Shown: piece after piece, positions 36,001-46,703 of the stretch
Layout: each line of letters begins with the position of its first letter
How positions within the stretch are numbered: the first letter of the stretch is position 1
Source: Caecitellus pseudoparvulus
Lineage: Eukaryota > Protista > Bigyra: Bicosoecida
NCBI GenBank assembly: GCA_965644315.1
Contig: CBFFRQ010000039.1
Location: forward strand, 195,387-259,386
Length of the DNA stretch: 64,000 nucleotides
Reading direction: 5' to 3'
Translations under genes and position numbers: made by a program
The notes under the pieces: generated by a model
Databases searched by the model: none
Seen by the model: the letters and a program-made list of their open reading frames with translations, nothing else
What the model was told of the DNA's origin: nothing

Positions 36001-38925
36001 CAGCAGCGCCTCTTGGCTGCCCATGGCGCCTTCGCTGGCCTCTCGCAAGTCGTGGTCGTACGCAAAGTCGCTGGCAGCGGCGGTGGGGTTGGTGAACAGC
36101 GCGTTCAGCATGCCAGTCAGCAGCGATGACCGACTGACGACAGCGGCAATGGCTTCATCCAAGTAGCCTTGCTGCACCTCTGACCGCGGCTTGAGCAGGC
36201 CCGAACGCAGCACGTCCTCTGCACTGGGCCGTGCGCGTGGGTCTGGCTGCAGCATCCAGCGAATGACCTCCTCAGCTTTCTCTGGCACGCCAGCGAACAG
36301 TGTGTCCAGGTCCACGTCACGCAGCAGCCGCGAACGTGCGATCTCATGCGCTGTGCGGGATCTACTGTCTGACGCAGCAGCGGCACCAGCGGGGGCTTTC
36401 CCCGCCGCCTTTTCTTCCTCTCGCAGCGCCCGCAGCTCGTCAAACTGCCGCAGCGCCATGAGCACTTCGCGGCGTTCCCGGCCAGTGGTGAAGGGTGGCT
36501 TCCACAGTTCATAGAAGATCACGCCGAGGGAGAACATGTCCACGCGGGCGTCGTAGCGGTTTCCCGCCTTCAGGCTCTCCGGGGCTCGGTACAGCCCAGA
36601 GCCCACGCCTGCTGTCACTGACAGCTGCCGCTTGGTGGATGGGGTGAGTGCCGCTGATTCCAGTCCCTGCTCTGCTGCCTGTGCGGCGGCGATGGCTTCC
36701 GCCTCTGCGGCACTCACAGCCTCCCCAGCATCGTCCGTTGCCAGGCCAAAGTCGCCCAGCTTCACGTTGCCTTCCGAGTCCAGGAAGATGTTCTCAGGCT
36801 TCAGGTCGCGGTGCATGACGCCCCGGCCGTGGACGTATGCGAGAGCCGACAAGATCTGCCGCAGCATGCGCCAGTTCTCTGCCGCGATGGGGCCCGCACC
36901 AAACAACTCATCGGCGTCCCCCAGCGAGCCCGTGGTGGAGTCGGCCTTCTGCGAGGCGTCGAAGGCGCCAGCCGCACCCCGGGCCTCCACAACTTGCCGC
37001 AGAGTGGCGCCTTTGCAGAACTCCATCTGAATGTACAGCACCTTGCGCTTGCGCTGCGGTGCGTGGCTGAGCACACCCCGCTCCTCCGGCATGGGGGCCA
37101 GGGATGGTTCGTGGGCGACGCTGCCGACATTGCGGCGCTCGAAGAGGGACGAAAAGGAGAAGGAGTCCCCCACACCATCGGCACCTGGATGGTACCGCCC
37201 CAGGGAGGAGGCACTGCCCGTCAAGCCTGTGTGCATCTCGGGAAACATGAGCTCGGGGCTGTCGGACCGACGGCGCGTGCCGCCTGCCGTGCGCTCGCCT
37301 GAGGACGCCCCTGACGTGCGAGAACTCATGCCACTGCTCTCATCCCTGCTTTCACTGTCGCTGTCGCTGTCGCTGCCACTGGAGGCGCTGCCTGAGGAAG
37401 TGGACGACATGTCGGCGCTGTCCAGCCCAATGCCCTGCCCGCCACGCCGCACTGCACCTGGCAGGAAGAGGAAGTCATCCGAGTCTGACGAAGTGTCTGA
37501 CCCGCTGTCTGTGCCCTGTGTCGATGCGCTGGAGGTGCCGCTGGTGCTGTCAGAGCTGGTGCTGGGGCGGGGGGCGTGGTCGCCCGCCCCGCCAACATAC
37601 GGCCCAGACAGGCCGCCCAAGGCGCCCCCGCTGGATGACACTTCTCTGGCAAGGGCCAGAGTTTGGCGGGGTGCAGGGGCATCGCAGCTGCTTTCGGAGT
37701 CGCTGCCACTGCTGCTGCCGTCATCCTTGTCAGCGGCGTCCTCCAACCAAGCGTTGAAGTAGCGGACAATGTGCGTGTGCTGCATGCGGGCCAGGGTGGT
37801 CACCTCGCGCAGCACCTTGCGGTTGAGCGCCTCGTCTTGGCGCCGCATCTTGATCTCCTTCACCGCGTACAGCTCGCCATCCAGCCGGTTCCGCACCTTC
37901 AGCACCTTGCCAAAGGCTCCTGAGCCCAGCGGCGCCAGCTCCTCGAAGTCTTGCGCATAGCGAGAGGCGTTGCTGCTCCACGCCATGTCCAGGTCACGCT
38001 GGCGCTCCTCCAACGTCCGGACATCGCGTGACTCCACCTGGCGCCCATGCCCACCCTGTGCTGGTGCTGGGTTGGGCAGGGCAGCATCGCCCAGGTCTAG
38101 GTGTGGGAGGGGGGGGGCAGGGGCCCCCCTCGCAGCAGGGGACAATGCTGCGAGGCTGGGCGACGGGTGAGGCCCGTGGACGGGTGTGCGCTGCACTGCG
38201 ACGGACACGTCCGCGGGCCCAGCATGCTGTGGGCGCGTTTTGGGTGTGCGTTGGGTCGTCGTGCGGAGTTGCCGCTCTCTCGCTACCTGCTGCTCCATGT
38301 CAGCGACGAGTGCAGCATCTTCAGCAGCCTGGCGTGCAGCAGCAGCCGCTGCTGCCTCAGCTGCCTCGGCTGCTGCAGCTTCCCGTCGCTCCTCCATGCG
38401 CTGCAGCATGGACGTCGGCGGCTGCAAGTGGTCCGACAGCTTGTCCTGCAACCGAACGGCTATATCCCACACCATGGGCTCGCCAAGCTTGTGTTCTTTC
38501 ACCGTCTCGTTGGCAATAACCTGCAAGTCCTTCTTTGCGTCGTCTGGGATGCCACCAGACTCTACGACCTCCACAGTGGGCCTGCGAGGCAAAGCAAACT
38601 GACGTAACGCCGCCGAAACGCGGGAGCTCAGCTGGACCCACCGTTTGCTAGGGTACTCCACCGGCAGCACAAACTTCACTTTGCAGAACGGGTCTTCCAG
38701 CGAAGAATTATCACTCCGGATCTTCAGCACGACCTGGAAGGCGTACTGTTTCCACAGCTGTGGAAGGGCAAGCGCGGACAGGAGCTGAGCGCGGCTGGTT
38801 CGCGACACCTGTGCAGCACAGCGTACTTTTGGCAGCACCTCGAATTCTTCAGGCTCAAACATGCACTGCAAGGCCTCTAACTCTTCCTTCTGAAGGTCCT
38901 CCGCACTCTGGGAGGAGGCTGCCAT
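33007..38925 (-). CDS. GCN2: eIF2-alpha kinase GCN2
   Basis: N-terminal RWD domain ([12 protein letters not shown]...YPS); kinase motifs [39 protein letters not shown] and DFGLA; HisRS-like region ([29 protein letters not shown]). Two short in-frame introns near the 5' end. Confidence 0.95.
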   Translation of the reverse strand: MAASSQSAEDLQKEELEALQCMFEPEEFEVLPKVRCAAQVSRTSRAQLLSALALPQLWKQYAFQVVLKIRSDNSSLEDPFCKVKFVLPVEYPSKRWVQLSSRVSAALRQFALPRRPTVEVVESGGIPDDAKKDLQVIANETVKEHKLGEPMVWDIAVRLQDKLSDHLQPPTSMLQRMEERREAAAAEAAEAAAAAAARQAAEDAALVADMEQQVARERQLRTTTQRTPKTRPQHAGPADVSVAVQRTPVHGPHPSPSLAALSPAARGAPAPPLPHLDLGDAALPNPAPAQGGHGRQVESRDVRTLEERQRDLDMAWSSNASRYAQDFEELAPLGSGAFGKVLKVRNRLDGELYAVKEIKMRRQDEALNRKVLREVTTLARMQHTHIVRYFNAWLEDAADKDDGSSSGSDSESSCDAPAPRQTLALAREVSSSGGALGGLSGPYVGGAGDHAPRPSTSSDSTSGTSSASTQGTDSGSDTSSDSDDFLFLPGAVRRGGQGIGLDSADMSSTSSGSASSGSDSDSDSESRDESSGMSSRTSGASSGERTAGGTRRRSDSPELMFPEMHTGLTGSASSLGRYHPGADGVGDSFSFSSLFERRNVGSVAHEPSLAPMPEERGVLSHAPQRKRKVLYIQMEFCKGATLRQVVEARGAAGAFDASQKADSTTGSLGDADELFGAGPIAAENWRMLRQILSALAYVHGRGVMHRDLKPENIFLDSEGNVKLGDFGLATDDAGEAVSAAEAEAIAAAQAAEQGLESAALTPSTKRQLSVTAGVGSGLYRAPESLKAGNRYDARVDMFSLGVIFYELWKPPFTTGRERREVLMALRQFDELRALREEEKAAGKAPAGAAAASDSRSRTAHEIARSRLLRDVDLDTLFAGVPEKAEEVIRWMLQPDPRARPSAEDVLRSGLLKPRSEVQQGYLDEAIAAVVSRSSLLTGMLNALFTNPTAAASDFAYDHDLREASEGAMGSQEALLATIAQHQDVLQREALVRRVVSTFERHSAVPFSTPLLAPVPSEVQPALAMFKQRAAPLFADPLGVAALSLSVHTGTAGERAVPGLPSASVDAAFTCFHGPVLWPHIGSVGKTNTHKGRVHVLDGQGMVLHLPSDLTEPFARYVARHNVSDLKRYVSSRTYHNSSANSGGTGPPSELQEADFDIVVSARRGGPRSVRLGNLAPAPEAVPVDIFSAIDDLDPGRAALGAASAEAETLCVAAEVMQSLGPAVGKYFLRISNMKIARGAMDFAAVPLKLRHAVCRLFSAAAHTMQVAAKQHTHKRRAGSGRKAKGSSAGAGGAVTVPLVESTLRWRDIKAHLKGLGLPEVSASALRPFIMLASDKFLALHQMRSFVQSQWQQLRARYVSTATGRAGSASEVNEALLDCRLRLAGLALAAQGISELTATLTTLTHMVRSAAGLPVPAPGAQPCPLLAAAAGAVSMPPPPVSADRLSSTGSSGTEGAPPARRRSHSVADPAGPSACLYTSDSDAFTGLPQALHALQRSRAAVSGASPAVAVGRALLLARLDVGARDKLGRYSHALLFNVQLDNSTSSKRSGKGSAAGESDAASSRTAGGERGALARAGLVAPRTGAGNEVLLKGGRYDDLVLRFRDPRTDKNCPLPVVVGLRMALDKVTALVSGASLPARLHGHTLPAAVTPASDVLVVSTGTSAESLLAARAAVAACLWSVRITAEYLHPAPLTFDEANQWAAAGGQRILVHVRSRGSSLALRVRSVDGQVDVADVELSALPRTVAEALVSSLPLPRAAAREVQETAWLTQRAGAVSGHLGAIVTAAGDNVHLAEALMACASGTSITAAEQSHLPPAAAAAPPAAPTMAGAGGSATPSAVGTPRRPASALNVEVTVLGGSSLKAKKRHAWEKRGASHLPAHLPPTSAPIPVLVMDLPFALVRLVGTGLVAHGGNATEAVKLVTSSTVPGVASHRRPLKDAMKEACELLAGPSGLPPVVVLFSVQEDRYDVLQM

Positions 38926-39525
38926 GTCTGGTCAACCCAGCCTTGACTGGGACGAAGATCCAATTCAACAGTCCAACGATGCACAGGGAAAGGCCAATGG
39001 CAGCTGCCTCGCTTGATAACGTATGCTGTGGCAAATACAGCTGCTCACGTGGGTGCGAACGACTCACACCTCTTTTTACCCACATGATGAGTTTTCTCAG
39101 TCGCGGTGAATGTGCCGCTGCTGCTTGCTGAATCGAGAGTCATGCTGGAGATGGCTGCAAGGTTTTGAAAACGGGTTGGGCCACAGAGGTGGCTGGCTGC
39201 TCGCAAGCACATACAAAACGCCCGACTTGTACCATTCGGGACTTGCGGAAGTGCCCCCCACCCCAGCTTTTCATGTCAATCTGACGGCTCCGAGGAGGGC
39301 CATTTTCGACAGCGTTGCAAATGTAAAGGCACTCGCAAACGGTGCTGTCCTGAAAATGACCGACTGTGGAGACCAAGATCATGCACTGAGCCGTTTCCCA
39401 ATCACCCACTCTGGTTTTGGTCCGTCCTGCGGAATTTCGGCCCGTGGAAACGCAGGCTTGCCGGCGCGCTGATTCAAGCGACAAGCAACGAATCGCACTG
39501 CAACAGGCACACAAGCTGCACGACC

Positions 39526-42500
39526 ATGACGATTTTCGCTCATAGTCATTGGACCAGAAGACCTCTGAGCTTTCCGTGGAAGCAGTGGGCAGTCGCTCTT
39601 CTGTTGGTGCAGCTTCACCTCGCCCGCGCGTCCGTATGCAGCTGTGAGTATCTCAGCGGCACTGCAAGTTATGCACGCTCAAACTCCTTCAACTTCCGTG
39701 AAACTACCCAATTGCAGGCTCATCTGGCCAGTACTGTGAGGTAATTCCGTGTGGACGAAGACTTGCTGACCGGAGTCACCTTGGCTCATTCCTTCAAGCT
39801 ATAGGCCTTCCGCAACTCAACAGCAAGAAGGGTTCGCAAGACAGCACGCCTAGCAAGGAACCCAATACTGAGAAGTTTGGAAGAGAACTCCGGTACGTTG
39901 ATGTCTCACTTGGGCCAGCAGATGGTGATCCAGGTGGCCCTGTTGGTGGCGGGGGTGGTGGAGGCGGAGTCCCTATTGGAACATCCACGGGCATATCTGG
40001 CCCGGTAGGAGGAACTGGTATCACGCCTGCTGGGTGCACTGGGTGCCCACGGCGAGCCCTCCGCCTGGGCACTGCCACGGCTGCCTCTGCCACCTGTTGC
40101 CGAGATTGTGCTGCAGGCTACTACATCGGGACGGCCGGCGGTTCGACTTGCGCAGCTTGCGGCAAAGGGTCATTCAGTGGTCCTGCAGCCAGTGCATGTA
40201 CACCGTGCCTGGCCGGGCGGTATGGCCCTGCAGTTGCGCGCTCCAACTGCATTGATTGCCAGCTCGGCAAGTACCAGTCAGCGCCTGGTCGCTCGATGTG
40301 CGAGCAATGCCGCGCTGGACAATACGCAGACATCAAAAAATCGAAAGCGTGCAAGTACTGCTCGCCAGGCAAGTACGCGACTGTCGTAGGTGCAACCACG
40401 GCTGCAGTCTGCACGAGCTGTCCACCAGGGTTTGGAAGCGGATTCGCCTCCTCAGGCTGCACGCCTTGCACATGTCCACACAAGTCCGGAGACTATACAT
40501 GCGTATGCCCAGGCTCCCCATCATCAGTACCTAAGCCTTCCGCATCTGCAACCCGCAAACCTAAGGGGGACCCATCTCGGACTCCCACCATGACATCGGA
40601 GCCATGGCGTGATCCCTCTCGGAGTCCGTTTCCAACCATTAAACCTGGTGAGTCACCAAGTAACACAGCTAAGCCCTGGGAAGAGCCCTCGCCATCGAAA
40701 CGGCCTTGGGAGGACCCTGGACCCAGTAGAATGCCGACCAGCACACCGAAGCCAAAAGAAAGCGCATCTTCATCAAGGTCGCCGACCCGCACGCCGACAC
40801 GCACACCGACCCGCACGCCAACTGGCACCTCCACCAACACGGCCACTGCCACACGTACGCCGACCCGCACGCCGACCCGCACGCCAACTGGCACCTCCAC
40901 CAACACGGCCACTGCCACACGTACGCCGACCCGCACGCCAACTGGCACCCCCCGCACGCCCACTGGCACCTCCACCAACACGGCCACTGCCACACGTACG
41001 CCAACCCGCACGCCGACACGCACGCCCACTGGCACCTCCACCAACACGGCCACTGCCACACGTACGCCAACCCGCACGCCGACCCGCACGCCGACTGGCA
41101 CCTCCACCAACACGGCCACTGCCACACGCACGCCAACCCGCACGCCGACTGGCACCTCCACCAACACGGCCACTGCAACACGCACGCCGACTCGCACGCC
41201 GACTGGCACCTCCACCAACACGGCCACTGCCACACGTACGCCGACACGCACGCCGACACGCACGCCGACCCGCACGCCGACTGGCACCTCCACCAACACG
41301 GCCACTGCCACACGCACGCCAACCCGCACGCCGACTGGCACCTCCACCAACACGGCCACTGCCACACGTACGCCGACACGCACGCCGACCCGCATGCCGA
41401 CTGGCACACGTACGCCGACACGCACGCCGACCCGCACGCCGACTGGCACCTCCACCAACACGGCCACTGCCACACGTACGCCGACCCGCACGCCGACCCG
41501 CACGCCAACTGGCACCTCCACCAACACGGCCACTGCCACACGTACGCCGACCCGCACGCCGACCCGCACGCCAACTGGTACCTCCACCAACACGGCCACT
41601 GCCACACGTACGCCGACCCGCACGCCGACCCGCACGCCAACTGGCACCTCCACCAACACGGCCACTGCCACACGTACGCCGACCCGCACGCCGACCCGCA
41701 CGCCAACTGGCACCTCCACCAACACGGCCACTGCCACACGTACGCCGACCCGCACGCCGACCCGCACGCCAACTGGCACCTCCACCAACACGGCCACTGC
41801 CACACGTACGCCGACCCGCACGCCGACCCGCACGCCAACTGGCACCTCCACCAACACGGCCACTGCCACACGTACGCCGACACGCACGCCGACCCGCACG
41901 CCCACTGGCACCTCCACCAACACGGCCACTGCCACACGTACGCCGACACGCACGCCGACACGCACGCCAACTGGCACCTCCACCAACACGGCCACTGCCA
42001 CACGTACGCCGACCCGCACGCCGACCCGCACGCCGACTGGCACCTCCACCAACACGGCCACTGCCACACGCACGCCAACCCGCACGCCGACCCGCACGCC
42101 GACTGGCACCTCCACCAACACGGCCACTGCCACACGCACGCCGACCCGCACGCCGACTGGCACCTCCACCAACACGGCCACTGCCACACGCACGCCGACC
42201 CGCACGCCGACTGGCACCTCCACCAACACGGCCACTGCCACACGTACGCCGACTCGCACGCCGACACGCACGCCCACTGGCACCTCCACCAACACGGCCA
42301 CTGCCACACGTACGCCGACCCGCACGCCGACCCGCACGCCAACTGGCACCTCCACCAACACGGCCACTGCCACACGTACGCCGACCCGCACGCCAACTGG
42401 CACCTCCACCAACACGGCCACTGCCACACGTACGCCGACCCGCACGCCGACCCGCACGCCAACTGGCACCTCCACCAACACGGCCACTGCCACACGTACG

Positions 42501-45500
42501 CCGACCCGCACGCCGACCCGCACGCCAACTGGCACCTCCACCAACACGGCCACTGCCACACGTACGCCGACCCGCACGCCGACCCGCACGCCAACTGGCA
42601 CCTCCACCAACACGGCCACTGCCACACGTACGCCGACCCGCACGCCAACTGGCACGCCCAGCAGCACGTCAAGCGTGACGCCCAGCAGCACGTCAGGCGT
42701 GACGCCCAGCAGCACGTCAGGCGTGACGCCCAGCAGCACGTCAGGCGTGACGCCCAGCAGCACGTCAGGCGTGACGCCCAGCAGTACGTCAGGCGTGACG
42801 CCCAGCAGCACGTCAGGCGTGACGCCCAGCAGCACGTCAGGCGTGCGTTGCACTTCGGGCGGGCGGGCCCCCTGCAGTGGGTGGAGGCCAGGGTCACGGA
42901 TAAAACGCACCTGAGTGCAAACCGCCACATCCAGGTGGTGCGCCAGGCCGAGTGGGCGGGGGCCTTCGACCGCCTCCGGGAGCAGGCCCGGGACAAGCGG
43001 GGAAGCCTGCTCCCAAGGTGGGCGTGGCTCAGCCTGCAAGGCATCCTGAAGGCTGTAGCGGGCGTGTCCTTGGCCCACCTGAGACCCGGGGGCAATATGT
43101 TCTGGACAGGCCGGGCCCCCGACGTCTTGGTGGAGCACGCGGCGGGCTGGGCGGCTGGCTCCCCCACCCGGGCACGATACTACACCCAGGGGGGAGGGGG
43201 CGAGGCTGTGGCACGAGGCCATGACACCCAGGGGAGGAAGCAAGCATTGAAAAGTATTGGCGGGTGCCGCAAGGAGGCGTCCCCTCCCCCAAGAGATGCA
43301 GCGAGCCCTGGTGGCCGCTGGCATAGAGGGGGGAGGGGACGGCCTCGAGGCGGGCCCAGTTCAATGCATTTCGATTGCCACGCACAACGCACCAACACGA
43401 GGGAACCGAGGTTGCCGGCACCCCAGCCGGCAACCATGTTTCCCGGCAGGAGGGGCGGCGGGCAGTCCCACGCTAGTGGCACAATTGTCCCCCGCCGCCC
43501 CAACGCAGAGTAGACGACGGCAGGACCGGGCATGACAAAACCAGTCATTAGCCGGCCTCGTCACTCTCTTTCCTTTTTTTTTCTTTTTCTCGATTGGCGG
43601 GTGCCGCAAGGAGGCGTCCCCTCCCCCAAGAGATGCAGCGAGCCCTGGTGGCCGCTGGCATAGAGGGGGGAGGGGACGGCCTCGAGGCGGGCCCAGTTCA
43701 ATGCATTTCGATTGCCACGCACAACGCACCAACACGAGGGAAACGGCCACTGCCACACGTACGCCGACACGCACGCCGACACGCACGCCCAGCAGCACAT
43801 CAGACGTGACGCCCAGCAGCACGTCAGGCGTGACGCCCAGCAGCACGTCAGGCGTGACGCCCAGCAGCACATCAGGCGTGACGCCCAGCAGCACGTCAGG
43901 CGTGACGCCCAGCAGCACGTCAGGCGTGACGCCCAGCAGCACGTCAGGCGTGACGCCCAGCAGCACGTCAGGCGTGACGCCCAGCAGCACGTCAGGCGTG
44001 ACGCCCAGCAGCACGTCAGGCGTGACGCCCAGCAGCACGTCAGGCGTGACGCCCAGCAGCACGTCAGGCGTGACGCCCAGCAGCACGTCAGGCGTGACGC
44101 CCAGCAGCACGTCAGGCGTGACGCCCAGCAGCACGTCAGGCGTGACGCCCAGCAGCACGTCAGGCGTGACGCCCAGCAGCACGTCAGGCGTGACGCCCAG
44201 CAGCACGTCAGGCGTGACGCCCAGCAGCACGTCAGGCGTGACGCCCAGCAGCACGTCAGGCGTGACGCCCAGCAGCACGTCAGGCGTGACGCCCAGCAGC
44301 ACGTCAGGCGTGACGCCCAGCAGCACGTCAGGCGTGACGCCCAGCAGCACGTCAGGCGTGACGCCCAGCAGCACGTCAGGCGTGACGCCCAGCAGCACGT
44401 CAGGCGTGACGCCCAGCAGCACGTCAGGCGTGACGCCCAGCAGCACGTCAGGCGTGACGCCCAGCAGCACGTCAGGCGTGACGCCCAGCAGCACGTCAGG
44501 CGTGACGCCCAGCAGCACGTCAGGCGTGACGCCTAGCAGTACGTCAGGCGTGACGCCCAGCAGCACGCCAAGCGTGACGCCCAGCAGCACGTCAGGCGTG
44601 ACGCCCAGCAGCACGTCAGGCGTGACGCCCAGCAGCACGTCAGGCGTGACGCCCAGCAGCACGTCAGGCGTGACGCCCAGCAGCACGTCAGGCGTGACGC
44701 CCAGCAGCACGTCAGGCGTGACGCCCAGCAGCACGTCAGGCGTGACGCCCAGCAGCACGTCAGGCGTGACGCCCAGCAGCACGTCAGGCGTGACGCCCAG
44801 CAGCACGTCAGGCGTGACGCCCAGCAGCACGTCAGGCGTGACGCCCAGCAGCACGTCAGGCGTGACGCCCAGCAGTACGTCAGGCGTGACGCCCAGCAGC
44901 ACGTCAGGCGTGACGCCCAGCAGCACGTCAGGCGTGACGCCCAGCAGCACGTCGGAGGTGGTTGCAGTAGTTGATGGAGTGAAGGCGAGCCCCAGCTCAG
45001 GATCAGCCTCTTTAAGTCCGGGTCAGGGTCCTCTTGTTTCAGTATCAGTATCGCCGAGCAGTTCTGTGGCAAGTACTGTAGTTCATTCATCAATGCCAAC
45101 ATTTGGAAATGTTGGGATTGGTTCAGCGTCTGCCTCTCCCAGCCCCTCACTAGGGTTTGTGTCCGACTTCCAGAACGCAGCGAATTTGGGCGCGTCGACA
45201 CCAACCCCTCAAACACAACAGGCTGCGGGAAATTCTGGAGAAGACACCTCCACAGGTCATGCAGTGGCTGGGAAAGTGCAGAACAATAATGTTTCTGAGG
45301 GACAGCGTTCATGGTTGGAGAGTTGGTGGCTTTGGCTGGTCTTGTTGGTGCTGGCCTTAGTCATCTTGGCTGCTGCCATGTTGATGTGGAGAAGGCGGGG
45401 TACCAGCGATGGGAGAACATCTAGAAGGCCGAGAGGAGCAGCAGCTGATTCAGCAATTACTCTTAGCCCCCTAAATCCCATGACAACAGGAGCAGCAAGC

Positions 45501-46208
45501 GGAGCCATCGGGTCCCTGCGGCCTCAAGTCGTGACGCGGTCGGTCACAGTGCAGCAGATGCTCAACGAAGGGCACATCTCAGAGGGCGAGGTGGACGGTC
45601 TGCGGCAATGGCTGAAGACTCATGGCTTCAACGCATACGCCCCTGTTGTGCTCAGTGGGACGCTCATGAAGCGGTCTCAGGTTACGGGGGCTGAGACCGC
45701 TGAACCTCAGCGGTCTGTAGATCCAAAGACCATCCGTGTCCACGCCAAGCGACCTGATCCCGCGTGGCTTCCCGCGCTGGGATCGGCATTGCTAGCATCA
45801 GATGCAGGGAAGCACGTGTGTAAGACCCATGCTAACACTTCCAATGCGTTCAAGATGTCTCATTCGCAGCTTAGCACCTTGCGCACAGCAGCCAAGCCAG
45901 GAGCAGCTCTCTCAGCCTCTGACCGAGACCGACTGAAGGCCAAGATGCAGAGGAGGCGCCGCAACACACTGGCACAGATTTCAAAGCAGCTAGGATCTCG
46001 AAGGAAGGCGCCTGTCCGGAAGCAGCAGTTTAACCCTGTCATTCAAGCGTCAGCCGTGGAAGAGGATGGCACGGTCATCCCAACAGTTCCGACACCCAAG
46101 CCAAAGTCCACCCCGCTCAGTGACGCACGTGAAAAAGTAGGTGGGCGGGGGAGCCTTCGTGCCAAGCGCTACATTGTATCGGAAGCTGACCTCGCGGCTG
46201 GGCACTGA
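39526..46208 (+). CDS. Mucin-like type I surface protein: signal peptide, Cys-rich TNFR/ephrin-like (GCC2_GCC3) repeats, Thr/Ser/Pro stalk, TM, ~270-aa cytoplasmic tail; interrupted by a transposon at 42846..43742
   Basis: Signal [15 protein letters not shown] followed by a GTGAGT intron; CxxCxxG(Y/F) repeats ~40110-40470; repeat arrays; [24 protein letters not shown] followed by RRR (~45324-45398). ORFs 40296..42914 and 43701..46208 share one frame. May be a disrupted allele. Confidence 0.75.
40785..42654 (+). repeat. Coding compound tandem repeat: 30-bp [10 protein letters not shown] block plus 2-4 copies of 12-bp TRTP (mostly 54/66-bp units)
   Basis: actggcacctccaccaacacggccactgcc followed by (acNcgYacgccN)n, roughly 30 units. 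Confidence 0.97.
42655..42845 (+). repeat. 24-bp coding tandem repeat (TPSSTSGV) x8, left block
   Basis: acgcccagcagcacgtcaggcgtg units that end abruptly at the insertion. Confidence 0.95.
43256..43405 (+). repeat. Direct repeat copy B1 (150 bp)
   Basis: attggcgggtgccgc...aacacgagggaa, identical by eye to 43593..43742. Confidence 0.95.
43593..43742 (+). repeat. Direct repeat copy B2 (150 bp), right end of the element
   Basis: Identical to B1; immediately followed by mucin repeat sequence acggccactgcc. Confidence 0.95.
43785..44953 (+). repeat. 24-bp coding tandem repeat (TPSSTSGV), ~48-49 nearly identical copies
   Basis: acgcccagcagcacgtcaggcgtg with only a few variant units. Confidence 0.97.
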
Positions 46209-46703
46209 AGCGCTGGCAGTGTCCGTGGTTCTGAACCACTTGGGCACGGCTAGAGAGCAGCCTGGAAGCAGGTCTGCAAGAACCAGCCCGGCACTAAATG
46301 CAATATAAAATCCTTCGATGGCGGCGGCGGCCCGTGCCTACTTGCTCAAAGGGCTGCCAGGCCTTCACTAGGCAGAGATCATGGAGAAGGCAACTATGTG
46401 TGACCCCTGCCCCTCCCCTCATGCTGAAGAACACACGCAGCAGCTGAACACAATTGTGATTCGCTTATTAATTACTCGACTTGTCCTGCTACCTGGAAGA
46501 TTTGCGGAAGTATTAGATGATTTTTGGGACTGGGGGCGCCATCGAAGCCAGCTTATCTCGCAGAGTGTCTTGAGCCCAGCACGTGTATCAAGCTATTGTG
46601 GGAGTTGTCAGCCGGTCAACGAGCTTGCTTGATAGGCATACCCCAGTTACTACTCTGTACTTGCGTGCAGCGGTCGTAGCTTCAACCCTGCACCGTGCGC
46701 AGC

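Larger units (their letters stand above)
42846..43742 (+). mobile_element. 5'-truncated Ngaro-type (DIRS order) tyrosine-recombinase retrotransposon: YR C-terminus followed by B1-A2-B2 split direct repeats
   Basis: ORF fragment TDKT...SLAHLRPGG...AAGW...RYY matches the YR K / xxLRxGG / W / Y pattern. Identical 150-bp direct repeats at 43256..43405 and 43593..43742 flank a 187-bp spacer. Non-repeat sequence inserted within the mucin array. Confidence 0.78.

Noticed and set aside
39080-39290. Possible C/D-box snoRNA (ATGATGA ... CTGA) in the GCN2-mucin spacer
   Set aside because: No terminal stem or recognisable rRNA guide; such short motifs occur by chance.
40785-42654. TxT ice-binding beta-solenoid
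   Set aside because: High Pro content and the stalk position between the Cys-rich head and the TM fit a mucin better.
43256-43742. LTR pair of a TRIM or LTR retrotransposon
   Set aside because: No TG..CA ends or short TSD; the adjacent YR-like ORF favours Ngaro split direct repeats.
40493-44950. Long antisense and alternate-frame ORFs (VRVGVRVAV..., CWWRCQ..., LLGVTPDV..., QQHVRRDA...)
   Set aside because: Shadow frames of stop-free tandem repeats; only the Thr/Ser frame connects to a signal peptide, Cys-rich domain and TM helix.
43785-44953. Possible CRISPR array or telomeric/satellite repeat
   Set aside because: Head-to-tail 24-bp units without unique spacers, in frame within a eukaryotic CDS; no cas genes nearby.
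45585-45650. SAM-like fragment ([16 protein letters not shown]) in the mucin tail
   Set aside because: Only the first helix pattern is present; the rest of a SAM domain is not evident.
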